Made by a program: the position numbers and the translations under genes. Below the pieces are notes generated by a model. The model did no database searches and was not told the origin of the DNA. It saw only the letters and a list, made by a program, of their open reading frames with translations. Positions 26,900 through 39,231 of a DNA stretch of 64,000 bases are shown here, piece after piece. Origin of the DNA: Raillietiella orientalis (taxonomy: Eukaryota). The stretch lies in assembly GCA_036172245.1 (NCBI GenBank), contig JAYWIR010000004.1, positions 1,612,001 through 1,676,000 of the forward strand, given 5' to 3'. The first letter of the stretch is position 1; each line of letters begins with the position of its first letter.

Positions 26900-28500
26900 G
26901 CGCCATTTCCACAGCCTTCTCCTCCCGTGAACTCTATCGACTCCGCCCCCGCGTTTTTTCAATTCGGAAAAAAACACGCTTTTTCTGTTCGAGGTGCCGA
27001 GACGGGATGCCGTTGTCGCGGCGGGAGCACCGTTCCTGGAGTCCCATGCTGGATTCCCGGGCCGCAACCTCAAACGCCTCCGCGGTCGGCTTTGCCGCTC
27101 TCGACTTCCGAACAGGCACTTTCGTATTCCTCCGCGTCGGGCGCCGCGGGCGATACAGCGGAGCTGCTCGAAGCGAGCCTCTGAAAACGGCGGCAGAATC
27201 CACCTCTTCTTGCGAATGGACTTGGCATGGCTGCCGCTGCTCTTCGGGTCGTCCGGAACGTGGCTCGGGAGGAGCGCCCAGTGGGCGTTCGCGCTGCACC
27301 AGATGCTCAGTGATGCCGCTCAGGAGATTGGCGCGCGATCGAGAGATTTCCAGATCCGCCAGTGATCCCGGTCGTTTCTCGAAGATTGCATGCCTTGCCA
27401 CTACCTCGAAGGCTTCTGAGATCCTGTGTCGCAGATGCTGATCCTCCTTGTTCTCCTGAGCGGCCCTGGATGCTTCCGGAGTGCTGCCATGCCGCGTCCA
27501 GAATTGCGGCTGCATCTCCTCCTCGTAGTACGGTGCGCAGGGGAGAGATGCGAGCCGGGATCTGGCATCTTCTGGTGTCCGGGAGCAGTGCTCCATCTGC
27601 CGCGGGGCATCCGAGAGATGCGGTTTGCGATTGCACCCTGCCTGTGTGGACAGACGAGGATGCCTGCAGCGGTGTCTCGTTGTGAGTGGATGGCTGTCCC
27701 TCGTTCCATGCCGGAGCGAACGTTGGATCTTCGTTTTCCTCCTTCCGTGGGCGCGCGCCGTTTTCCTCCCCATCCTTCCCTTGAGTTTGGTACCTCCAAC
27801 TATCAGTTGGGTTTCCGTCTCCGCTCTCTGGAGTCCAGAGAGCTCTGCTGAATTTCTATCCTGTGGGAGTGCAAGTGCTCCTGATTCCTGTCGACGGACG
27901 TCCGACGTGTTCTTGCTGTCCTTGGATAGCCGGAAGTTTTCCCCACTTCTTCACAAACAAGAAAGGGAGGATCAGGGAAGAGTGCGACCTGCACTGGCCT
28001 GAAACGGCGGGTTACCAATCCTACTGAGGACAGAACTAGGGAGGGAGTAGTGGGCGGAGAGACAAAGGATCAACGAGTAAATAGATGCAGGTTGCTGTCT
28101 AGAAGGCGAAACGGACTACCCCACGGTGGTGAAGGTGACTCCCGAGGATCAGAGTAGGTCCGAAAGAAGAGAGAACATCGGGTATTGACATCGGCTTTGA
28201 ACGAATCTATTCCCGGTAGTCCTGAGGCTGGTTTGTGTCTCAAGACCGAGTTTGGGCCATTGCTCGTCACCTCGCACGATGGCCACGGCGACTGTGAGGG
28301 GCTCCCTGGGATGACGGGACGACGGCTACCCTGTTCTTCATTGCGCGCTGACGACGGACAACTAACATATTCAAAGAGGAGAACTTCCTCCGAGAGGGAG
28401 GGTCCTGGGAGCCATCGCTGAGGTGCGATGCGCTTTCATACCTTCCGCATCCTTCGGAGCATTTTAGAAGCATGCACGGAAGAGTTTCACAGTTCCTCAG
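26900..28500 (-). mobile_element. Degenerate LINE ORF2 (RT core to C-terminal region)
   Basis: In order: GSQDPPS (QGxPLS-like), KPASGL..FKA (ASGLxxNxxK-like), an ILGVTF-like motif, APTEGG (PxxEGG thumb) and WRIWKSL..AHWAL. Confidence 0.55.
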
Positions 28501-31500
28501 TGGATACTCATTCTTCAAAGATGCTTCCCGTAGAAAGATGGTGACGTTTCTCGTTCCGAGAACAATTACAACGCACCAGAGAGATGGCGATGTGCTGGAA
28601 GGGAAGGGGAAAGACGAAGGTGTTAATAGAAATGCCAGATAAGTCAGAGTTTTTCAGGAATTCCGGCAAAATGAGGAGGTACCAGTGTTTGTTCCTGTTC
28701 TGTGAACCACAAACATGTGTGTGCTTGATAACCCGGAAAGCGCGGGGAAAGAAAATTCAAAGAAACCTTGAAAGGGTATCCCCCTGTCTCTTTTTGTCAT
28801 TGCCCCTGGGAAATAAAGCAGAGAAGTGCTCAGTGAGTTTGGGTTCCCTCTCGCAGCTCCTCAGCTAGAAGTAGTAAGTTGCAGAGAATTTTTCAACTTA
28901 CTTCCTGATTAGGTATTTCTTTAGAATTGCCGAATTTGATGGAATCCTGTGGTATAAGTATGGTTGGAGTCAGTGGATTTCTGCTATCAAAAACAGTGAG
29001 ACTGTTTTATTCTGGGCTTTAAGGCCATTAAAATGACTGGGTGCACGTTGAAAAACTTGAATTTAGCTCACTGTCTCGCGGCTAAACTTGGGAACTGCCC
29101 ACACTTTCTTATGGGAAGAAGCTCTTGGATCTTCAGTGGATGGCGCACACTATCGAGACCTCAATGAAGGCTTAGATGAAATCTTAGCAGGTAACCCCGG
29201 TACATGTGGTTAGTCTGGACGCTGGCGTGCACAATCCTTTTCTTCATGTTTTTATTCTTGGAACATCTCGAGTTACAGGCTGGAAGCAAGCTACCACCAG
29301 TACTCTTCCATCTACGAAACAAAGGAACAGTTCCTTATACTTAATCTTTTTTTCCTCTTTGAATGCTCTCGCCCCACGCTCACATTCACGCCAAGTCTGT
29401 GATGACCTGGCTTTCGGGAGCGCGCCAGGTCGGGCCGTAGTAACAAGTCGTCGTCACCCGGTGTTGGTTGGTGAGGCTGCCGGTTCTCACTTTTTCATGA
29501 GTTGCTTCCTTGATGCGGTTGCACCCAGATGGTCGTGCCTCTTAGCGGTGAAGTTGAGACTTCGAGGACTCTTCCCATATCGATCATTTTTGTACATCCG
29601 ATCCGCACCACCTCTTGCAACGTCGCCCCCATGGGCAGTTCGTCGAATCGAATAGTTTGCACGAAACTACAGGGGGAACATCGAGGAACCACAGGAGGTC
29701 TCTGGTATGCAAGAAGTGGCCGATTGCATGACGCTGGCCGACGCCCGACACGGATTTCCCTTGAAGGAATATCTTGCTTCTCTGCTCTCCAGCGTGTGCG
29801 CCATAGAAGAATTTGCGTGGTTCTGGTAACGTGTCTTCAAACGTGTAGTTTTGTTTTGTGCTACAAAATCACCGACTGAGACTCAAACATAAAATGGAAG
29901 GGAGTCAAAGTGCACGAGGTAAACCTACCCATAATCTTATGTTTTGCTTGGATGAAGAAGAAATGAAAATTGTCTGATGCCTTTCGAATGAAATCGATTC
30001 TTCAAACGGATTCTACTTTGCCTTTCTGAATCTTGCTTCAAGAGGAAGATCCCCACTGTTCCTACGTTGTTTGCCTATGCATGTTGAGGTGGAATACGAA
30101 AATGAATAGGGCACGCCAACTTGCCACTTCAGCAAAGCGAGTTTTCATTAGCAGATCTTTGGTGTATTTTGGAAGCAGAAAGCTTCGCATCGCAATGCAA
30201 CAACCACCCTTCAGACTGCCAGCTAAGCACATCAATTGAATCTGGAAATGGCAGTGTTTCAATGAACAGGAAGGGAGGGAAAATCACGAGAAATGCTTAT
30301 TCATTCCCAGGCTTCGAGGAAGGTCACACAAAAAGGTCCTCTTGAGGTTCCATGCAGCAACTTCGCACATTTCTTCCTTGCAGGAAGCTGATAATCGCGC
30401 TGTTGGAATGAATCCATATATGAACGGTTGAACAGGTAGCACTGATTCAGCATAGATAGACGACGAAATGTGGAAGTTTCACAGCAACACCTCAAAAGAA
30501 AGACGATGGAACCACTGAACAGATTTCATTGTGCTGCATAGGGATATTGATTCGGCGTCCGAAAATGGAAATGATGTAAGACCAACTGCCAAAAAAAATG
30601 GTAAACACAAGCCTCCGCTTATGAATGTACTCTCAGAAAAACGGATTCCTTCCTAAGCAAATGGAATCTACACCGTGACATTGAATTACAAGCATGGAGT
30701 AGAAAGAAAGAGATCAGGACTCCTAATAGAAATGTCGGCTCACTCAATGCAATGACAGCTCACGAAAACGAAAATTTTTTCCTTCGAAATGGATAGAAAA
30801 ACGAACCATGAAAGATGCTCAAATAAAAATTGCTTTTTATGGTAATGCCTAGAAGTCTACTCAAAGGGATTTGAAAAATGGCAAGGATGGTCTCAGATGA
30901 AGCAGTTCGGGGAAGCGGTCGCTTTGAGCACCTGGAAGACTCCAAAGGGAACCCCCTCTGAAGGCTTTCCTGAAACGATTGCAATACATATTTGCATATT
31001 AATGCCTCTGTTTATTTCTTTTCCTACCTGTTACGTGGGAATCGCAGAGCACAAGAAATAAAAGTGAGAAGACTCACTGACTCAAATGGTAACTGAGAAA
31101 TTTCCGTGTTCCAAGATTCCAGTCGTCATTTGCGAATAGGGATTCCTTACACTTGTGAGTCTATCATGATCATCACAATTAGGTCTTGTTGACAGAATTT
31201 TCATGCGCCGTTAAGACCATCAAAATTGCTCGGGAGTGGTAAAAAAAAAAAAATAGAATGAATACAAAACTCTGTTTGGACCTTTCCCATGTCTGACACC
31301 TCAGACACGGGAAAAGAACTCTCCAAAGCAAAGCACCAAGATGCAGAGGTAAGCCAAGTTCCATTAGTTGGCAGCAGCATCTAAGCTGCAGCTTTTGTGA
31401 AATCAATAGTGAAAGTTTGCAATTAAAATCACTGTGTCCCCACTCTGAACAGAAAAAAAAAAAAAAACACAAGTTTCTCAATCTAATGATGACGAAGAAA

Positions 31501-32097
31501 TGCCCACCGGAAGATGCGCGCACACAGAGCACACTGCAGCAGCTGCTTGTGTCTCCCTTCCTTTGCAATTCATTCTTCGTTGAATTTGCGCCGACTTTTT
31601 ATTAAGGGTAGTGAAAGATCCCGAGTTCAGTAACAGAAGAATGGATTCTCTATGACCAGAGCCTTCACGAAAGTTTTCGTCGCCATGTGTTGTCAAGAAA
31701 TCGCATCCAGAGTGCAAAGGACACCAAAGGTAAGGAAATCCAAGGATTGTGTTCAAACATCCAGCATCGAAACACGCCTATTCTCAACTCAGATCGGGTG
31801 GTGGGTGAATAACATGTCTGAAAGAGAAGAAGGAAAACAGACGAATCTTGGAATCTCGAGCATGCACAAAATTTCCTTGAAAAGTGTCCAAAATGGATGG
31901 TCACACACCAGAAACGTGTCCTTTGCTTGGAATTCAATCGAAACGTTCAAAATGAAAGGGCGCCAATAAAAGTGCGGAAGTCATGGCGAGGATGTTGCCA
32001 TCCTCCTTTTCTGGGAAAAAAAGAAAAAAATGAAAGAAAATAATCACTCGTTCTTCTGAGCTATCCGATGGAGCATAGTAAATGGCTTTTGGTCCCG

Positions 32098-32302
32098 TAG
32101 TGATAGTGAAAAGTACTGAAAAGGATTGAAGTAGATAATAAGAAACTGCTAAAGTTAGTGGTCTTTTGTATCAGAGTAAACTTAATTAAAAGTTTATATT
32201 CAATGTTCGAATGTTTATGAGTTGAATGAAGTGATTGCTATGCATGATAAAGTATAGTTGAATTTTATTTGGAGGTGATATGCTGACAAATTAACATTTC
32301 TA
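32098..32302 (+). pseudogene. rrnL: NUMT: mitochondrial 16S rRNA fragment, part 1
   Basis: AT-rich; agtactgaaaagga, cttttgtatcagagt and ggaggtgatatgct are collinear with conserved 5' blocks of arthropod mt 16S. Confidence 0.65.
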
Positions 32303-32510
32303 ATTATTTAACTCTTACGTTTAACCGCTACTGCTGGCACGCATATTAGCAAAATTTTAAATAATTACTAATTCAATTTTTTTTTACAATTAAAATTAAA
32401 TACTACACGTTTTATTTTCGAAATTTATATGCACCTCATTATTTCAATTAATATTAAATCACATGTAAAAATTATTACTTACAGCTTCAAGCATAATTAA
32501 ATCCTAAATT
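32303..32510 (-). pseudogene. rrnS: NUMT: mitochondrial 12S rRNA 5' part
   Basis: 32321-32340 read on the minus strand is gtgccagcagtagcggttaa (SSU 530-loop motif) in very AT-rich context collinear with the arthropod 12S 5' end. Confidence 0.85.
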
Positions 32511-32545
32511 TAATACATATTTTTCTGTCATATTAGTTTTTAATT

Positions 32546-32605
32546 TAAACAAGAAATTTTCCTCTTTGGTGTAAACAAAATATTCTATTAAACTGCTTCT
32601 CGCTT
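32546..32605 (-). pseudogene. trnV: NUMT: mitochondrial tRNA-Val(TAC) with reduced T-arm
   Basis: Minus strand: acceptor aagcgag/cttgttt, anticodon arm ttttg-tttacac-caaag, and only 10 nt between anticodon arm and acceptor. The D-arm is weak. Confidence 0.55.
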
Positions 32606-32825
32606 TTTAAGAAATAATGATAAGTTATGGGCTTAGAGGTAGCTAGCTATTATAGGGTTTTAATACTAAGTTAATATTGATTTTTAAAATATTATATAAA
32701 TGAAATGTAATTAATAATAATTTATGTGAAATCATGTTTTAATTAGTAAGAATGTTGAGTACGATTAAGTTGTGAAGTAAGGATATTATAACGAAATCTG
32801 TTTGAAATGTTTTCTTAAAAACATT
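32602..32825 (+). pseudogene. rrnL: NUMT: mitochondrial 16S rRNA fragment, part 2
   Basis: tttttaagaaataa, gggcttagaggtagc and atgttttaattagtaa continue the 16S block order from part 1. Confidence 0.6.
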
Positions 32826-32836
32826 TTCTTATGAAT

Positions 32837-32940
32837 GATAAAAGGCAGGGAGCCCAGATCAAAGTGCGTCGATGTGCGCTGTCAAGATTCGAACCCGCTT
32901 CCTAGGGATCAGCTAACCACCCGAACGACTTGACTTCCTG
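32837..32940 (-). mobile_element. tRNA-derived SINE-like remnant
   Basis: Minus strand shows A-box-like gggtggttagc, B-box ggttcgaatc and a downstream T-run; no cloverleaf. Confidence 0.4.
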
Positions 32941-33249
32941 GCAGACAACTCATGCTGGACATCTATTAAACACAAAACCAACTCATCGTTTCCAGGATGA
33001 GGATGTTGTGGAAATAGTGAGTAACCCCTTTTTCTTATTTTTTAAATATATTTCCCAAAATTCTCGCCAAATGAATGTTTGTGAGTATAACATGAGAATT
33101 AGCTTGTGCCACTCTGGAAGGATTGTGCTCCAAACTCGTAAGACCAGGAAGAGATGTAGGAGAGAAATTTCTCATCTTGATACCTTCTAATGACTTGTGC
33201 CATGAACAAATGAAATGAAGTTAAATGTTATCAATCTTGTAATTACAAT

Positions 33250-33850
33250 CATTGTAGCATGATTTCGAGAATAATGCAAAAGCAGATCGAAAATACACAG
33301 AAATTTACCAACGAAGACTGCTGAAGAGAAACGCACAGTGAACACAAAGACTGAATGACCATAAGAGCAGATTTCAAATCGGTCATATTATTGGACTGTA
33401 GCTAAAAATGCCAAGAAGTTGCGATTGAACTGACGATCTGTGTACGGCTAATGGAACCAGAAGCTTTTCCCATTATTTTGATCAAAATTGCAGTAGGGAA
33501 GATCTCTGATGGCCTTTAGAGCAACGGTCAAACGTCATTAAATTGGAGTAAACACGAAGAGCACTCAAGCAAAAAAACTCGATAAAGCAAAAAGAATTCA
33601 GTTGAAATGGGAAGAACATTGCAGAACTTATGTTCTATCAGAAACATCCTAATGATGCTAAGTAGTGATAAACATTCTAATGGGGCACATGCGTTAGGAA
33701 CTGATTAACCATGAAATTGTAAGTGGCAGTTAATAACGAGCAAGCAATATTACTGCCAGCATCACAAAGCATCGGGAACTCCTGAATTGAAGGAGAACGA
33801 TTCGTGTACCCACCATAAAATTATTAATACTGTGAAGTCAAAATATGGTA
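33250..33850 (+). mobile_element. pogo/Tigger DDE transposase remnant
   Basis: LTICV/ANGT..FPII (RLTVLxCxNAxGxEKLP-like) and a later LLPAS motif. Confidence 0.35.
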
Positions 33851-35898
33851 CATGAAGAGTATTGTGAAACTAAGCATCCTCAAGGAAACCAAGAACGGTA
33901 CTCTTGCGTACATTTTGAAACGATCGGACGAATCACTCCGCCCCGCCCTTCTGACAGCAACGGACAAGTGGATTTGCAATGGCGAAGCTGCTGAGGTGGA
34001 TCATGGTTCGAAGTCTCAGAACGTGGCACCAGCTGCCGGACTCAGGCTACAAGTTCTAAGGAATTGTGCTGAGGCTGACGCAATTTACTAACAGGAAAAT
34101 CGTAGCTCATCTCATCATTTCAAAATTAAGCGGCATTGGATAAATCACCTCAGACATATCTTGAGTCAGACAGTGATGACGGTTTGCTTCTGCGGAGGAT
34201 TTGCAGACCCACTCTGGAGTTCAAAATGCAGCGACGTGAGCAACGAAGATGAGGAAGTAATGCAGATGCAAAAAGATAGACCAATAAACTTCAAAAAGAA
34301 AAAAGAAAAAAAAGGCTATTAAAACCTTAAAACGACGTAACATTTTATTTCAGAGCTCCACGTTACGTCGTGTGATCAAATGAATTTTGATCACACGCCG
34401 GATCGTCGGTACCAACGAATCCAATTTTTGCCATAATCTTCAGATCTTTCCGTGTATCAGACAACGTTCGGTTCGAATTCGCATTTTCATTACGGAACAA
34501 ACATTAAGCCTGAGTGAAGGATCCATGCAATTAGGTGCGGTGAATTTTCGATCCCTTCAACATACTCACAGACTAAAGCATCACCTTCAAAAAAATAATC
34601 GCATGCTGGAAGGCATGGCGATTCTGGGATAGAGCCTTTGAAACGGAAGTCGAGGAGACCACCTGTGAAACACGGCCGAATACGGCATGTGAGTGCATGT
34701 CGAATGCTACAGAAAATGCGAACGCTACTGAAGATGTGAAGATGAATCCCTCGTTTTAGAGAACAACCTTATTACTGCGATAGCTTGAAATAAGAACACT
34801 TGGACAAATCTGCTGAGGAAGACGTGTGCAGATGTAAAGATGTAGATGTGTGTAGTTCAATTCTGGCGGCATGCGTGTGAGTAATTGCTGCAAGAATCTC
34901 TTGCTTCAAATGCTCCATGCCCAATCAATTATTCAGCGTCTCTCATTCTATGGATCATTATCATGTGAGTACCAAAAGCTGTTCGCCAGAACTGCCTTAT
35001 GGAGTCGCCCCGAATTCTTCTTGAGTCAACAAATAAGATTTGCTATCCGGCGTCGTTTCAAATTTCACTTTCAAACAGATCCACCAAGTAACTCAGTCTT
35101 ATTATCAGGATGAGTCCTCAGTTCATAAACACGCCTCGCATGCTCCGATTTCTCATACTCATGGTCTCAGTCTTGCTCCATAAGATTGCATCATAATCGG
35201 ACCGCAATATCGATTCATCTGCTGCTCGTGGCAGTAATCACTATAGCAAATAAACTCTTTGAGCTCTTTGGGCTGAAATTTGATACAGTTCTTGCGATAG
35301 GATTTGATTGATCTATATAGAAATATGGGTGAGATGATGAAATGAGTTTTTTTTTTATCGAAACCTCAAAGAAGCTAAAGATTAGTGACCGATGGAAGGC
35401 CATCCACTCAAACAAGAGAGTGGTGAGTCCCACTTCTCCCGGACTGCATGGAAGCTCAGTTATGAAAGTACTTAAAATGTTTCTGCATTTTTTTTGGAGA
35501 AGAAACTGGAGCTGCAGAATAATTTGCACTTCTAAAAAACTGGAAATTCCATGTAGAATCGAAAGAAGGAAGAGAAAGCGACTGCTTTTGAGAGCAACGA
35601 TAGAGAATGGGGACATTTAGTGGCTTCACGATTTGAAAAGAGTGTATGAGGCTTCTGGAGTGTTTCCATGACTCCACGTTCGTTGCAGCTGTCATCCTGC
35701 GTGTCCTTGGAAGCAAATCTGTCTCTTCTTCACGTGAGGGGATTTCACGGGATGGCTCGACAGCACTTTTCGTGCCTTGGAAGGATCCCCGCCTCCAAGA
35801 ACGTAGTCTACGAAGTGCCATGGAAGCATCTTCAGTTGGCCTCCCCATCCCACGTGCATTTCCCGCCTAGGGAAAGCTCTGCCTGCGGCTTGGTTCTT

Positions 35899-38400
35899 AC
35901 CCGGCTACGCCGTGACGTTTATTTTAAAAAACAAACTACGAGAGGGGAGGAGTACCCATCAAAAACAAGAGATGCCAAAAAAAAAAAAAGTTCATTCGAG
36001 TTAACCACTGGCACGGGACCTGCTTCCAAAAACTGAAGGACGGAGAAAGGGGACAATAAATAAATAAAAAAAGACGGGAGGGTGAGGACAGGGGTCTTTT
36101 GTTCATGACGGTCCTTCCTCTTCCTCTCTAGAAGCAGCGTTGGATGGTGGCGATCTCCCTGGAGACTTCTTCTGGCAGATGAGGCCACCTTGCTGCCGCC
36201 CTTATGAGGGCTACTGCCATGCTGGTGGCCTCTTTTCGCTGCGAAGCCCGACTCTAACACAATGGCAGCCCACTATGATGCGGATGCAACGGACTGTTGC
36301 TATCCCGCTCTCTTCTTCAGTCCGGCTCCGGTGAAGAAGCATCTCAGCAAGTCCAAAGCGGTGCCCAACAATTGTCGGAGTCTCCGCCACAAGTCCTCAA
36401 GGTCTCTGCAGTCCAACAAAAGGTGCGGGAGCGATTCCATCGCCACGCACCTTAAACAGTTCGGGGAGGTAGCTTCCTGGGAACCAGGAATCCGCGCTGA
36501 TTGCACGGGAAATCCAAGTGCAAAAACAGTGGAACATCCTGTTGCCCGCGGAGCGGGAACACGGACGTGTCCACACACAGGGGAGAGACCATGAGTTCTT
36601 CGGTGAGCACACCAAGCAGGTCAGGAAAGGACGCAGAGGACTCCCCTCCAGCGAACAGTAATTCCTTCCCGTGCACCTCAGAGTTTTTTTTTCTTATTTA
36701 TTTTTATTTTTGTTTGACCCCTCCCCCTCTGCTGCCGAGGCGAACCTCGTAGGCCTGCGTACCAGTTACTCGGCTGGTTCCGAGCATTTTCGGACGATGT
36801 AGAGCGGATGACTCTACATATGTATGTTTCTTATTTTGATGATAAATATCCCGCTGTGACCGTGTGTTAAAACAAAGCATGCCACTCCACTGAAGAAGTC
36901 CCTTTGTCCGGAAGCGAGTAGTGGCGGCATTCAACAACTCGCCTGCAGCTTGGTGTCCGGATGGTAGGCTTGTTCGCTTCCGGTCCCGCCCCGTTGTGCC
37001 GTCACCCGCGCGAGTGGGACACTTCTGCCGCTTCACTGGGTTTCGAGTCAGCGCAGAAACGGAGTGATGGCTCTTCTTTTCCAGATCGCCAAACCATCCG
37101 AACGCGCGTTCCGCTCCCTCTCCCTGGCTTTTATTTGTTGCTGATCTAGACGGGTTGCCCTGGAAACATTTGCCGCACAAATTGGTGGACATGGGCAAGC
37201 CTCTCTGCAACCCATGTCCCCTGTGGGCTTCTTTGTTTTGGTTTCGTCTTTGGTGCAGGCCTTCAGTCTGCTGAAGAGGCGCTCCAGGTAGCGGGAGAGT
37301 GCTTCTTGATGGCAGCCTTCCATTCATTCAGCGAGGTCTTTCCTTGTTTCCTACATCCTCTTGATGGCCTTCCTTCTTTAGCTTGTCTACCCTGCTTCAG
37401 TGGATAAAGGCGAGCTGCCTCGGAGCGGGCCCATAGGCACCTTGCATTGGGGACCGCCGCTGCCTTCCCCTCCCAGAAGTCCTCCTGAGGTTCCTTCCCC
37501 GCCTTCCACGAAACATCCGCCATTTGCCCCGTCGGTCTTTGCCCAGCGTGGGGCAGCTGAAGAGTGGCATTTCTGTTTCCGCTTCACTGCAATGAGTTCA
37601 GAATTCATCTTCTGAGTCCTTGGACCAGCTCTTCAGTTTTCCCTTACGTCCAAGTTCGCACGGAGGAATGGAAAGATTCAGGGCATCGGGTGGTGAGTTG
37701 GCTTCCCACAAGGCACAACTGGCTACTGTGGCGCTGGTTTCTCTGCCCTTGGTTCCAGGCTCCTTTTCTTTAATGGTTCGTTCTCCACTTTTTCTCCTCT
37801 CGTCTCGCCTTCCTGGCTTGCTCTTTGCCTATTTTTGGCCCAATGGTCTCTTCGGCCCTGATAGAACCTGCTTTCCCTGCCCCGGATCGCTTCGCTTTCC
37901 CTATAGAGGATCACGTAATGAGTGTCTGATTCCGAATTCGTGTGCTTCCTGGAGAAGAATTCCTTTTTCGAGAGGAACATCCTGCCCTGACAGAAGCTTC
38001 GACTGAAATAAGATCTGATGTTTTTCGATCCAAAATCTGCTGCCTATCGTCCTTCCTTCAGCCATCTTTCTGCACCACATCAAAGAAGGAAACATTCTTC
38101 GAAGCATCATGAGTTGTAATCAGAGTGATTGGATGGTGCCAGCGGATGAGCAGATGGCGTACATTCTGAGATGCGCCAGCTGCTCAGCAGTCCCCTTGGA
38201 GGAATGAAAGTGAAAGAGTGCTTCCGTGGTTCCCGAACAGATCCGGGGATTTTTGGCATATCTGACCGTGAGACTCCTAAGTGTAGAGAGGGGAACGGAG
38301 CAACTGAAAGTGCGAATGGAAACTCCAGGGTGGAGGGCGGTTATCTTGCGGTAGAAAGTTCATCCTCCAATTGCTGACTAGATTGCTGACTCGATCAATT
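35899..38400 (-). mobile_element. Degenerate Tx1/L1-like ORF2 from RT to the 3' end
   Basis: FTFIPPRG..SWRIS, EGRTI, FWEGK..WARSE, CLRCVAMESLPHLLLDC, then a 3' UTR ending aataaacgtcacggcgtagccgggt. Confidence 0.72.
36680..36870 (+). mobile_element. Isolated Tx1-like 3' UTR fragment nested antisense in another LINE
   Basis: Homologous to 60500-60697 (gctgccgaggcgaacc..ctgcgt.ccagtt..cggc.ggttcc..tgtatgttt..taaa..tccc). Confidence 0.7.
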
Positions 38401-39231
38401 AGTTAAATCAACTATCTGAACGAAATGGACTGGCTCGAGTCCAGGTGCTTCACGAACCAACCATCCAGAAATCAATCAGCCAGGGCCCTTGGTGCAGGGA
38501 ATGGGAAGTGCCAAATTGAGAACTTCTGTGTGCATCTGGGAAAAATGATTTTCTCCATCTCACATTACGGAAGAAGTTCTCCCTCGAAAGTCTACTCGTA
38601 GCGATGGAGGTCCTCGGAGCTGCTTGGCCATGAGGAAGTTGCTCAGAGCGTCCGTCGGCAGGCATTGCTCGCAAGAACGAGCAAGTAGAACGGTTTGGGT
38701 ATGATGAGGGAAGGACTTCTCTTTCTAACAGGCAAATAGGTGTTGGGAGGGTGATGAGGTGCTTCCAGAAAATTCGACGAAGCCTCCACAATGAATTTTT
38801 CAAAATAACTCTCAATTTTTCCCCCATTCCGTTCCGTAATTTCAATGGAGCGGATAGAGCTATTTCTTAACTCATTTTATTTAATCTATGTACATAAAAC
38901 TGATAAGATATTTAATTTCATTGAATGGAAAATAGTTATTACTATATATGTTGTAGCATTTACAATGTTCTGTCGATTGACTATTTATAATAAATGCATA
39001 TATATTGCAAATAGCACACTGTTCATAATGATAAATTATTTATAAAAATATTGTCGAGTGGCAATTGAAGAAATGCTTTAATTTGTAACTGCAGTGAATG
39101 TGAGGAGTATTTCTTTTAAAAAAAAATGCAATGTTCTGTAATCTAGTGAGGGTTGATTGAAATGCTCGGAGTGTTAGGTCATTCAAGATAAAGAATGGCT
39201 TACTAATGCTCACATCAGAGTGTAACGAGTA

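Noticed and set aside
26934..27773. 279-aa ORF as a host gene
   Set aside because: It is a GC-rich, frameshifted LINE remnant whose motifs are scattered across frames.
29258..29281. LGTSRVTG peptide shared with ~36760-36783 (minus strand)
   Set aside because: The match is only 8 residues, the flanks do not align, and the second copy is antisense to a UTR; likely chance.
32321..32340. Bacterial or nuclear SSU rRNA
   Set aside because: The surrounding sequence is extremely AT-rich and fits mitochondrial 12S.
38845..39060. Second NUMT in an AT-rich island
   Set aside because: No mitochondrial gene, rRNA or tRNA motif was recognised.
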